The notes under the pieces were generated by a model, which had not been told where the DNA came from, did not search any database, and saw nothing but the letters and a program-made list of their open reading frames with translations. This document shows positions 12,996-27,212 of a stretch of 64,000 nt of DNA, one piece after another. The stretch is from the NCBI RefSeq assembly GCF_009914755.1, contig NC_060930.1; one strand, given 5' to 3'. The DNA comes from the human T2T-CHM13v2.0 reference genome, Homo sapiens. The translations under genes and the position numbers were made by a program. How positions within the stretch are numbered: position 1 is the first letter of the stretch; every line of letters begins with the position of its first letter.

Positions 12996-15049
12996 TTTAA
13001 CATCATGATTTATAATGAAATTATAAAAAGTGACTTGAAAAATTAGCATACAGAAGCAGCATCAATAATGCAATAACTTTAATTTTGCTTAGATGATTAA
13101 TAAATATTTTTCAAGCACTTATATTCAAACTGCAGGAGATTTGTAGATGTGTACAGGGATGGGCATGGTATTAGTAATGTTCTTTAATCCAGGGATCCAT
13201 GGCAGGCCCCTGTGGATTTAAAGTCATTAATTTCTATTATTGTCTCAGTGCCTGGCCATGAGCCCTTAATCTGATTATCTCTCCTGCTATTCTAACCAGA
13301 GCTATTCCACCACTGTCTTATAACAGGTGCAAATTAATTCCCAACATAAAGCAATAAGAGCTACTATAGAAAGTTATTTAAATTTGTTTTGCTATTAAAT
13401 AAACTTTAAAGTGCCTCAGTACTTGATTAAGAAATCCTGCTATTTTCTATAGTGATTTTCATTGCCTGAATTCAAATTATACTATATCAATCCACAATCC
13501 ACAATATCAGGATTGAAGCGGTGCAATTAATGTTCCAATAACTCATTAATTGAAAGATTTCTCTCTGCAAAGGAGATTTTATTATTTGCATGTTGTTATA
13601 AATATTTTCCAAGGGGGCTCCAAATTCAGAGCATCACTGTAACTACCTATGCTATATAAATAACAATGCAGTGAATCCTTTACTAAGTGGTTAATATACA
13701 CAATGTATTATGTTACATTAAAAAATGCTTAATACAATCAATTCACAAGAAAGAAAGTGTAATTTTTTAACTATAGAAAAGCCATTTTAGAAGTAAACTT
13801 TAAGCCGTGAATAGAAAGGAACAAGAAAGTCATGATGCTGATGTAAATAAGTAATGAACAGTTTCTTTCCTGGTGGAGGGGAATGTAACCCTTTTTGGAA
13901 ATGAATATAAGAACATATTGTGGATTGCTTATGACAAGAAAATAGCTTAGGGCAGTTATTCTCTTTATTTTGTAGGACTGTGAAAAGAATAATAATCCTG
14001 CAAACTACCTAACCTTCCCCATTACTGCCACATAATAAATTAAGAAATGAAATTAAAACAATTTAACCAAATCTGAGGATGAATGAACTTTTAAGGGGAT
14101 GCCAAGAAAAATGCAGGGAAATCACATTTATTAAGCAATTCCATGAAGTATACACTGTGCTAAATACTTTGTATGCATTTTTAAATTTAATTTCCAAATA
14201 TTAATCAAGTTAGAGGTTATATCCCCATTTTACATTTGAAGAAGAAACCCAGAAAGATTAAGTAACTTGTTCAAGGTTGTATTAGTGACAAAGCTCAGAT
14301 TGAATCCTCATTGGTTCAAGGATGACTTCAAAAACGTTTTCTTTTTTAGGAATATTGAACAGCCTTCTGACTCAAGATGGTAGTGTAAGCTCAACTATTT
14401 ATTTTCTATCCCTCTCAAGGCTCTGTTAAAAAAATAGTCAAAGATTAGCAAAAATGTCTAAACCCACAACAATGGGAAGAATATGAAGGGGCCTCAGCAG
14501 ATAAAATATTTCAATAATTTTCTGCAAGATGGAAAGTAGGCAATTAAATTATAGACTCATGAAGCGAAGTAGAGGAAACTGCCACCAAGTTATATGCAGA
14601 GGCAGCTGTAGTGAAGGCGGTAACCAGGTTTTCCACCACAGCTCCCAAGAAATGCCAGACTGATGAATTGTTGTTGGAATGAGAAGTTGGGTCAAAAAAA
14701 AGGCAGTTTGAAAAGCCTGTATACAGAACAAACTCCCAATTCCCTCATCCACAAAATTTATACCATTATAGCACTTAAGCTTTACTTCTTTTATTGTCAT
14801 TGAAAAAAAGAAAGTTCTGTTAAAAAATATGTTGAGAACTAGGGCATCAGCTAATAAATCAGCTAATAATAAATATCACCTGGATAACTCCATGGACTAC
14901 AGAATGAATTTGGTGTCTAGAGAATATTGCAAACAACTGGACACACTAGAGATTACACTACAAGCCAGAGAGTAAGCGCAGTCTTTTATTTTTTTTAAGT
15001 GGGGAGTGGTTCTTGAGAGTCAAATCAGCTGTATTAAGTGTTTGGTGCT

Positions 15050-15522
15050 CAAAACTACATTCCCTCAGCCTGCTGCTCATTTCAGTGCTGTAATGGACAG
15101 TTCCATGATCACTGGCAGTGAATGTCCCATCTCAAACTAATTTTTGCTGCTTCTCTTTTTGTTTCTGTCTCAGAGTTACTTAGCCTGAAAATAGGCATAT
15201 CCCAGACATCAGGAGGAGGGTACAGACAATGCTCCTGAGTAACCAACGGGAGACAGAAATCTGTGGATAGATGTCCAGCCTCTCTCATCCTCCAGATATA
15301 AGATTCTAGGTGGTCTCTTTATGGTTCCCCAGAGGGTTCGCAGCAGATGTACTTCGTGGCTCACAGCGGTAACCAACCTAGAATATACCCTTTATTGGCA
15401 TTCCCTCTTTCCCTATCTTACTCCCTTTACTCATTCATTCCAGATTTCTCGAAGCAACGCTCAAATAAACTGTCTGTATTTAAAACCTGTCATCAACTCT
15501 TAAGAAACCCCCAAAATAAGAG
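15050..15522 (+). mobile_element. LTR16-like ERVL LTR
   Basis: gctcacagcggtaacc...ccctttattggcattccctctttccctatcttactcc...caaataaac. Confidence 0.6.
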
Positions 15523-16184
15523 AGGAGAGGTGTAGGAATCAGGCCTATGCTGAGATCTGTGGATGCCCAAATTAGGCCAATTATTTGGCACTCATCCAAA
15601 CATTGAGAAACATTTCTTTAACATTTTTTAAAAGTTTGGAGGTCAGAAAACTGCTTCTGCCGTTGCTACCATCACTGATAACATCATATTTTCCCCATGC
15701 CAATGAAGCTGATGATAAATGATGAAACATGGGATCCAGCTATTATCAGAGTTAACTGTCTGAGCTATTTGAATTACCTTCTCTCTCCAAAAAACCCACT
15801 CACTCAAGTACATTTCATTGGTAGAATATAACCGGATCCAAGGCTGTAGCTTCAAGGAAGGTTGGAAATACAGTTTTTAGCACTCTAGCCCTTGCAATAG
15901 TGATATGTGGGAGGGTATAAGAAAGGAGTGGGAATGCATGTCAAGTGCATTGAACAATATTGAACACAGTGTGCTGTGCAGCTACTCAACATCCACAATC
16001 TTTTGCCTACATTTATCTTTCAAAGAAAAACCAGAGCAAAACCAACATGCTCCAACCTTGCATATTACAACAGGACTTTTTAGAAACAAAAATACGCTCA
16101 CTGTCTCCTGAAAGAGAAAATCCAAAGTCTGTTAATTGTATCCTTCTAGTGATATTGTTCATTTCTCTTCTAGTTCAGTTATAA

Positions 16185-16543
<359 letters not shown>

Positions 16544-17379
16544 TAATATGCCTTATATCAAATAGAAAGGAATAGAGAGAGAAGAGATTTGGGGTTAATA
16601 TATACAAATATAAACACCAAGCAGGGGAAAATGTGCAAAACTATCTCAGATCTTGTTCTTGCAACTGGTCACAAAATCATAAGTAGTATGGTTAACCTAA
16701 TTTTCCACTGTTTATTCCAATTGTCTTTTGCCTCAGTTATTATTTAAACTGGAGAGGATTCTTCACATGGCAGAGAAACCCTAACCTTCATTGCTGAAAG
16801 AGTTGAGGCCTCGGTAATCCTGTCTCCTTCTGATTACTAAAGGCATCCATGAAATTTTATCACTGCCCATGCAAATACTTGGAGGCACCAAAGAGGATCT
16901 AATTCAAGACATAGACCTCTCTTTTTAACCCCAGCAATCACCACAGCAGATATAGTTCTCTTCTTTGTTGAATGGCAAAAGAATCCCTAAATTTTAAGTG
17001 GTCATTTTGACTTTAAGTGAAACCATTATTTTATCTCCCAGTAGAAACTTTCCTTCTCTGGGTACTGAAAATCTCTAAACCAGCACAGCAAAAAGCCACA
17101 ATGATAAAAACAAAAGATTTCTGCATGTGGGTACAGTATTAATAGTATAAGAATCTGCTTCCAAATCTATCCCTTGGTTCCCAAATCCAAGCATCCTGGC
17201 TTGGGGAGAGAGAGATCATACATTGGTGGCTGGTTTCAGAGCATATAGTATACCTTGTAGGAAAGCATCATAGGCTTTCAAACTGTTGTCTGTAAGCTAA
17301 CGTCATAACATTCTTTAATAAGACATTTCACTGACTTAAAAGCCACATGCTTCAGGGAGATAGTCTATATGGTAGGTTG

Positions 17380-17804
17380 CAGATAATAGTTAGAGGCTCA
17401 CAAACACATTTCCTATCTTCCTGGAGACAAACTTAGATTACATTTCTCAGTATCCTTTGCTCTTAAGTGGAATAATTTGAATGAGTTCCTGTCAGTAGAG
17501 TATGGGTTAAATTTAATGATAATCACCTCTAAACCTGGGTCATTGACAGCCTACTCCCTCCATGAAATCCTCTGAGAAGCCCTTCGGTAGCTTCATCTCC
17601 TCAGCTGAGTGCAGAAAACAAATTGAGGGAGGGAGGCCTGGGATCTCTGAATGACTGTGGACAGAGCCTTTCACTCTGCCCACTATTACACTGTGAAAAT
17701 GGAAATCGAATTTTTAAAAATTATCTATGTGTTCTGTCATATTAATTATATTAAACCCTTTAATTTGGGGTTGTTATAGTAATTATCTTATCCAGGCTAA
17801 TACA
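17380..17804 (+). mobile_element. MLT1 (I/J-like) LTR nested in the ERVL
   Basis: catttctcagtatcctttgc... ending ccaggctaataca. Confidence 0.55.
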
Positions 17805-18186
17805 TGGAACAATAACTAAATTCCATATATGTGAAACCATTGCCTTATTTATTTTATTACAAAATGACTTTTGGGGATATGAAGCAATGTTCTGTGGCAT
17901 AACATCGTATTGGGTAACACATTCAATACATTTACAAATGGATCGTATTGCTGGCAAATTCATTTCAGAGTAAGTGTCATTCTAGTAAGAATGAATTGAT
18001 CCCTTTCTGTAATGGGAGCGAAGTGGCTGGCTATTCCAAGTCCATATCACAAGGTCAGTCAGCACTGGACTCTGCTGTGGGCAGGTGGGCACTCAGCATC
18101 AGTGCTAGCCAGACCAACCTTGCTGAGAAGTCCATACCATTTAAGCCCATGTAAACCTTTCCCTGGTAAATAATACAAATAATACT

Positions 18187-18897
<711 letters not shown>

Positions 18898-19469
18898 CTG
18901 TACTTTGTCCATTTTGTTTATAAACCCAGTGAGCAAACATGGGATGGTTAGGGAAACTAAGGAAGGAGGCTAATATCCACAGAACAGATTATCCCGTCCC
19001 TCTGTTTATTAACAGCCTCTTCTGCAGTAGGTGCCTTTGGTGAGCATTTACATGGAACACACACATAAAGTCCCACTCAGAACTGTTTATCACCAATCCT
19101 CAATTTTATTCCTTCCAAATCCTTGAGCATCTAGCCAAATCATTATCCGTTACCCAAAAAACTGATGTAAATGCACAACCCTGGGAAGTTTTCGTTCTAG
19201 GAAAAGGGAGCAATCAGATGTACTGCCCAAAGTTCTTTCATAAGGAGGATTTTCCTCCCATGCACATTTCAGGGCAACTCCTAAGTGCTGTAATGCTACC
19301 ACAGTCCATTTCCAGCTGGTGTTTGCATACTATGTGGAATAATTTGTAAACCAGGCTCAATTACTTTCTTTTACAGTTTCTCAATAAGGGTCCCATCATA
19401 AATTAGACTTTGTCCCAGATGGTTTAAATACAGAGCCTTTAATGAAAGGATTGCATGTAGAGATATAGG

Positions 19470-19851
19470 CAGGCATAAAGAAACAAACAAGGGATGGGGA
19501 GGTGCAAGAAAACTAGCAAGAGTGTGAGCTGTTATTATTCTCTGGAGGGGCAAGGAAAGAAACAGAGCTCAGTGAGAATTAGACCTATGGAGAAGCTGCT
19601 TCCCAGCAGGGGCTGTGGTTGTGGAGGAAGGTATGTAGGGTCAGAGATGCAACACTAAAGTATGAAGAGGGCATGGAAGTGTTCTTCACACTCTGGAAAC
19701 TTTTGATCTCCCATTGGCACTTGCTATTGATTGAATCCAACTGGAAGACAGCTGGCAAGGGAGCCAAGATGATGTAATCCATATGGTTCAGCATTTCAGG
19801 GCACAAAACAGATCAAAATGGATTGGAGGTGTGCAAACACAACCAGCTAAC
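19470..19851. mobile_element. Old ERVL-type LTR fragment nested in the provirus
   Basis: tccaactggaagacagctggcaagggagcc...gatgtaatccata motif typical of old ERVL LTRs; family uncertain. Confidence 0.4.
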
Positions 19852-20499
19852 ATTTCATAGGAACTTTCATGTGGTCAAATATGTGGGCTGAGGGAGAAAT
19901 GGCAATGCAGCAAGAGCAGGTGCGATGGTCACCTGAGGCATTGCTCATGCCTCTTACCTGTGTCTTTATGACTTTCTACTTGATGAAGGAGTGCTGCTGT
20001 GCATGTCCTAGTTTATGAAATAACACCCAGACCATGATGGGCAGTTGTTTACATGATCATTTTATATTCTGTGGTCAGATACACAAGTCTCTGCCATGAC
20101 CCAAAAGCAATCCAAGATCTGTTTCTTAACATTTATTTGGAGACTAGGTCAAGGTTTTGCTCTAAAACCTGAAAGGATTGCACTGTAATTCTAAATCAAG
20201 GTTTGACAGGGGTCTCTACAGGATTGCTTTCTGCCAAACACTCCAAGCACCATTTAATCTGTTGGATCTTAAATCTCAAATAGCAGAGTAGCATGCACAA
20301 CAGTTCATAGTTACAAATCATTTTCTTACTCTGGATCCGATTCAGAACTAGCAGTCTTATGGAATACTTGATAAATAGGTCCAAGTAGCACATTTAAAGG
20401 TGTGTACGTTGTTTCAGAAGTCCAGTGAGATGGTAACAATCATTGGGTCTTTTTAATAGTGTGCAATTTTAATAGCGATTTTCTTTCACCCACTATTAA

Positions 20500-20856
<357 letters not shown>

Positions 20857-23800
20857 TCACTGGATTTTTGAAACAACATATATACAGCTTTGTATATGGA
20901 GGAGGAAATATCTCAACTTGCTATAAACTAATGGACTGCCATAAACTTTATTGATGTCATGGCCTTTGAATTTACATGATTTGTTTTTTCCTCCCGCCTT
21001 CTGGCACACGCGTTCCTTACCAAGGAATCTATGATGGTTGCCACTTCCTACTCACCACAGCCAATCAGCATGATGCTAACCATGTAGTGGAACGAAGTGA
21101 TGTCTTCTGGCATGATGAGACAGACAAGGTTCCTGTGGACTAGATTATTACAGAAAACTGGATAGCTGAGGTAAGATGGCAAAGACATACAGCTTACCCT
21201 ACCAGGTGAAATGATTTCTGTCATCTCTTTGTTAGAAGGGAGAAAACCACTTTTAACAGATTCATAGCAACAAGTCAGCTCTGAACATTTTATTTGCTTC
21301 AGTTAACTACATCTGAAACAGCCATTGAATTTGGAGTTACATGGTTAATAATAATACACTCTCTCCAAGACTCCCCAGTTTCTGCTTGGGTCAAACAGGA
21401 GTGTTAAATGGGGGTACGACAAAAAATCATCACCCCTGAATTTTTCAGACCTTGGATGATGACATGGACCTCTGACATTCACCCAGAAATGTGGCAATAC
21501 TTTTGGTCTACTGTTTCAATAAGAAGGGGACATTTTAGAAGCTTCAACTTGGTCCTTCATACCATAATGGCCTTCATTCCATGGGACAGGGAGCTAATGT
21601 GGGAGTTCAGCTGGAGGTTGAATATATCTAATCCAACTATACGTGCAGGAACTGGGAAGGGTATGTTTGAGGACCCACTGAATCACTGTGAGATGAACTC
21701 AGATCAAAATTATATTTATCACCTGGCCTCTATAAGCCTCCATTTTGACTGGTGAGCACAGTAGCAATTGGGGATGCCCAATGAGCAGCATCTGCTCAGA
21801 GTCAGTGTCCCAGTAATCCTCCCAAAGCGTGCTTATTTTCTTTCCCTTTTGGTGAAAGCTAGAAAGAGGACTGATAGTATATCCTGTGACATCACCAAAG
21901 AATATTTCAAGGGAATCCGATGTTCCCTCCATTTAAAAAACTCTGGGTCTGTGTACTGGAACAAGAATGGGAATTGGTGAGGGGCTGTGTCTCTCATTGT
22001 AATGACCCAAGTCCGGCCAGTGTTTATCAGATTAGTCAGTTATACTAGTCAAGAAGGACCTTAGTCTATCTATTTCAGTCCTCAGGACATCAAAATAAAT
22101 TGGCCACCACCATAGATGCCCACAGGCCAAGCTATTCTAATAATAACTCTGGCTCTTTTGCCCATGACTATAATCATGTCTATTTTGTCTCTGGCATTTA
22201 AATACTGCCATTTGGCCTCTGCCAATCTGATACTCTAATTCCCACTGAAATTGAAATTAAGGGACTCATTTTAGGGACAGCTTCCTCCCTCCGTCATGAT
22301 CCCAATCTATAGAAAGTAACCACTACAGAATTTTCCAAGGATGCTGGTGGAACTTACCAATAGATATCTCAAACATAGAGAGGGGCTAGTCAAGTGGGTC
22401 ACACATGGTAGACCTTCTCCAACACTCCTAACTCCATTAAGTCTCTGGAGTCTCTCCTCCACATTATTCCAAAGAGTTTCTAACATATATCTGAGTTTAA
22501 TATAGGCTGCCACTGAGTCCCTGATTCAGTTGAACAACTGAAAAACCAGTAAAGCTGCTCCTCACTGTTTAGCTATGTCCTCAAAATAAGAATTTTTGGT
22601 AATATATAAGAACTATATCAATAATTTCAGTTCATTCTAAAGAAATGTTTCTCCCTGCCTTAACACGCTGAGAACCTATTCCTACACATTCCTGCAAATG
22701 AAAATTAGCCAAATCCTATCATTCTAACTGCCTCCTCCCAGGATAGATTTTGTATTTGTTCTCCTGGGGCATGCTGCGATCTAATTCTCTTTGCAGCTCT
22801 GATGGCACTGAAAGGGGAGAAGGCAGGCATAAAGGGGATCAGCATCCCCTTGGAAGGTAACTACCTTGGTTGAGGTCATTATAGTATCTCAAGCAACAAA
22901 GGACTAATGTCATCTGATAGGGAAGACAGACTGCTTTTATGAACAGGCATATTCAAAGCAATTTAAAGATTCATGTTCTCAGGTTCATCCAAATCTACCC
23001 AAATATCCCCATTCTGTTTCTTTAGGTCCCATCCTTTCATGATCAATGCCACAAATTTCACACAGGAAACCACTGAGGCTGTGAAATCAAGTTGTAATTC
23101 TGCAATCCAAAGGAGCAAACTTTAAATCTTGTTTTAAGGCATTTTAAGTCTGCAGCTAAGATATATAAAAGGGTCTCTTGGGCAGGGGGTCAGGGCGGGT
23201 CATAGAAGCTGTCTGCAACTTTTTCCTTGCCCTAAGCCAAGAATTTAAAATAAGAGCAAACACTATTTCTGTAAGCTCTTCAGTGCTATAGGAAGCAATC
23301 CTTCCACTCAAGTTTTCTCTGTTTCTTATTTGCACCACAATAGTGCAATGCAGCAGCCAGTCTGTCAAAGGCTTGTCTTCAATAGCTATTCCATCCTATG
23401 TGGCCATAGGTGATCATTTAGCTATTTGCTTCACGGAAAACAGTATCCCATTTCCCAGTGGTCATGAAGTTATCACTGCCTATAAACTCAACTAAGTCAG
23501 ATAACCAATGTCATATTGTATTTAAAAGTCAATTTCTTGATCAAATTTTGGTACTGAATACTGAGCTAGGTAAGGTTCATCACATATAATAGATACCACT
23601 CAAGGTATTCAAGCAGAAAATCTTTAATTCAAAAGAGTAGATGTTTATAAAATTATTGGTAACTTGGAGGAATAAAAGTCAGGAGGCTATCCTTAATCTT
23701 TAGCTTCAAATTCATACAACCACATCTGTCATAAGTGCCATCACCATTAGCACTGTCTGTATTCATAAAATTGATGCCAAGATAGTGGAACATGTTATCC

Positions 23801-26517
23801 AACTGTTTCCAACACTTTTGTCTGTAGGAGCCCACTTACATAATTGTGCTACTACAGAAAGGTGACACCCACCTCCTTCAGCCTTTGTAAAATTTCACGA
23901 GTGCCTCACATTGACAAAACCTAAACTTACGAGGGGATCACATGGGAATCTGAGAAATGTAATTTTTAGTTCCCCAAACTCTGTAATACTGAAGGAGGGG
24001 AGAATGAGAACACATCAAAGGGAAAGGAATGGATTCGTAGTGCCCATAAACAGCTACTACACTAACCTAAAGATGACGCCTGATTTCTGAAGTAGTTAAT
24101 ATTTGGGGTAGACTTCAGGATGTAAGCTCCAAATCTCAACTTTTAACGATAAATTAGAAATTTGTTACCCAAATTCATCTGGCTGCTCTTTTTCCTCATG
24201 AGTTCCCATATTACTTTTATTTCTGGAGGAAAGATTAGGTACCACTTTACAAGGGCTGGCAGTAATAATTCAAGCATAACAAAAACAAATGTTGAATAAA
24301 TATAGCTTTGAAAAGCAGCTTTTCTTTTGCGATTATGTCTTTATGACATTTTTACTGAGATCTGAAATCACAATATATTGGAAACCTAACTGTATCATGT
24401 ACAACTGACAAACCCTAACTATATAATATGCTTATAAAAATTGTAAATGTATTTGATCCCCAGATTTATTAATTAGAACACAAGCCACACTCTCAGGTGA
24501 GGTGTGACTGTTGCTAACATAATGCTATCTATCGTATAAGACTCATAATCTACCCACCCTCTAATTACCAAATAGCAAGCTAATCATTATTCTTGCAAGA
24601 CTGGTTCCTAGGACAGCTTCCTCACAGGGAGGAGAAACTCAGTTGAAATATAATGCATCATGAATGACAAAGAAGGGATTTCAACTGGATGCTCTCTTTT
24701 TTCTCCCATGGCAAATTCAATGAAAATAAAATTTAACTGAGAAAAGGGGCAATCTGACTGGCTTCTATAAAATTGTAGAAAAGGGATTCAGGAATACCTA
24801 AAGACTGACAGAGTACATGGAATATGTACATGGACTGATGAAATATTCTTTATAACAATCTTGTATTTAAATTGAGAAATAATAATTTCAAGATCCTATG
24901 TTTTTAGAAATAGCCATATTATTTAAACCTTTCAAGATTTTTTTGTATTTAGGATGGCTTTTAATTTGGACATATTCTGTATAGATGTTCAAAAGCAATG
25001 TGACCTTCTGATAGCTGCATTATAATTAGATATTAAGTGATGTGTTTCAGCGTGCACTTTTTCTCTCTCAAAGGAGATACTACTTTATTAACACATTCCC
25101 TGGGATAACCTCATGTATGAGAATGGAAAAAAAAAAAAATCAAAATCTAAGTTGAGTTTCTATTTAAGACCAGATGGGTCTCCAAGGAAGAAATGAACAA
25201 AAATTTGCTCATGTGTATTGATGTGTAAACATGCTTTGTGTGGTAAATTGAAAAAGACAAGAAAAAAAAGGAAAAGGAAAAAAACAACACCCTAATTAAA
25301 AGAAAAAGATAGAAGAAAGTTTAATTTCTCAAAGGAAACAGCAAAACCGACATTTCTAAGTCTGAAAGAACACCAAGGGGTGACTGACTCATAGCATTCC
25401 CATTGATCATCTAAAGACAGCTCTGGATCCCCTTCTGGCTAAGTCACAAGGCTCTTCCAGTGATACATTCTAAAATCTTACAATCTTCATGTGGCAGTGG
25501 TTCTATATATCAATTATTTTAAATTTAGGTTTTTTAATCTCCTCCAGGATTCACAGCCTCCTATGAAAACAAATTCAAAAGGATCTTTGCCTTTCAATTC
25601 ACAGCTGTGCCTTCCCCTCTGTAATTTATAGGAAAACTAACTTCTAACACTTACATGATTTGTAGTATTTTGAAACAAAAATATTAGGTTGGTGCAAAAA
25701 TACAACAAAAAAGGAATCCATTTCTACTTCTCTTCCTTTTCACAAATATTCTTGTCATTCAGAAGTTATCTGCCTAAAATACAAAAGACTAAGCATGGAT
25801 TCTAAATTACACCACTAATAAGGACTTGCTAAGGTCACTTGCCAAAATTACTTGCACGCTGAGTGGCAGGTGACCAATTTCCTTCAGCAGGTTTTATGAT
25901 TACTGCTCAGATGTTGTGTGTTGTGTGCCTGTGTACAGAGCTCAGTATCAGTCTCTCACCTCTGCTGCCCTATTTACCATCTGGCAGGATGCTGAAATCT
26001 GCCACCCAGGTCCATGCTGAGCAGGCCAGCCAGCACACATCCTGGTTAGCTGTAGCTGTTTTTTTCTTAGTAAGCACGGTGTTATGAGTACAGCTGGCTG
26101 AGATTATGGCTATAACAAGGAAAGAACTGGGAGAGTGTGAACTCTTCAGTGTGGTGTCTCATTCTGAAGGTGAGAGAGATTCAAAAGTTCTGCTCCAATA
26201 GTCAATATATAGTATCTGACTTGTATTGTCAAATAGATAATACAACAAAAATCACTTATACCTCTATGTTCTCTTTCCCATTTACAGGGTAGCTGAGTTG
26301 CATATATGAAACAAGCCTGTAAATTAAAATATTCCTAATAAACTAAAAGCACTGCTAGATTCCATGTTCTAAAGTACAAACATAATAATCCATGTTAAAA
26401 TATTTTTGAATACCTTGAGAGCATGCACAACAAGAGAAAGAGAATGAATTAATAATGTTAAAACTAAAACTAGTCATTTGTTAGTTTCCATCAGCAAAAC
26501 AGTCAAAAGTAACAGAC

Positions 26518-26605
26518 TTGGGAGGCCAAGGCAGGAGGATTGCTTAAGGTGAGGAGTTCAAGACCAGCCTGGGCAACACAGTGAAATCTCATTTCTACCA
26601 AAAAA
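26518..26605 (+). mobile_element. Alu left-monomer fragment
   Basis: ttgggaggccaaggcaggaggattgctt...gaccagcctgggcaacac. Confidence 0.8.
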
Positions 26606-27212
26606 TGAAGAAGTAACAAAGGAAAGAGAAAGAGCTATGGTCATCTATTATAGAGGAAAACTCACATGTCTCAGGTATTTCTAGTTATTGTAAGTATTTA
26701 ACAAATTCCTTGTCTTCTATGTAAGAAAATGTTACTTTAGTTAGTGACAAAGTTTTACCAAGTAGGAGACACAATCTTTATTCATCAGTTTCTAGATATA
26801 AGGCATGCAACATATCTGTGATAATAGAGAAATTATGAAAGCTACTGGAAAAGGCTGTATTTATGACATCTTATAATCATCTTCTATAAAGAAACTTATA
26901 GTAAGGACTGAATGATTTAAATGAAAGAATACAAGAACTTCCCCATTTATGTTAAGAATAATTTAGAAGAAAATGGTATGTTTTATGTCTGAATGAAAAG
27001 CTCTTCCAAAAGCAGCTAATTTTTAAAGTAAAAATATGCTACTATAGAAAATAAGCTTTTTACCAGAAATGGTAGATACCCAAGTTCTAGTTTGATTTTT
27101 TCTATATAAGAAATTAGCAGCAGAAAACAATTTAGAATTAACTAAATCAAATAAACATCTAGCAGACAGTTTACATTATAATAAACTGATTAACAAAAAA
27201 AAATCATATTTT

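Noticed and set aside
21408-21980. ORFs inside the ERVL region as a possible domesticated gene
   Set aside because: + ORFs are antisense to the provirus; minus-strand pro/pol remnants have mutated catalytic motifs, stops and frameshifts
27114-27122. miR-15/16 8mer match
   Set aside because: Lies beyond the inferred cleavage site (~27213), so probably not in the mRNA
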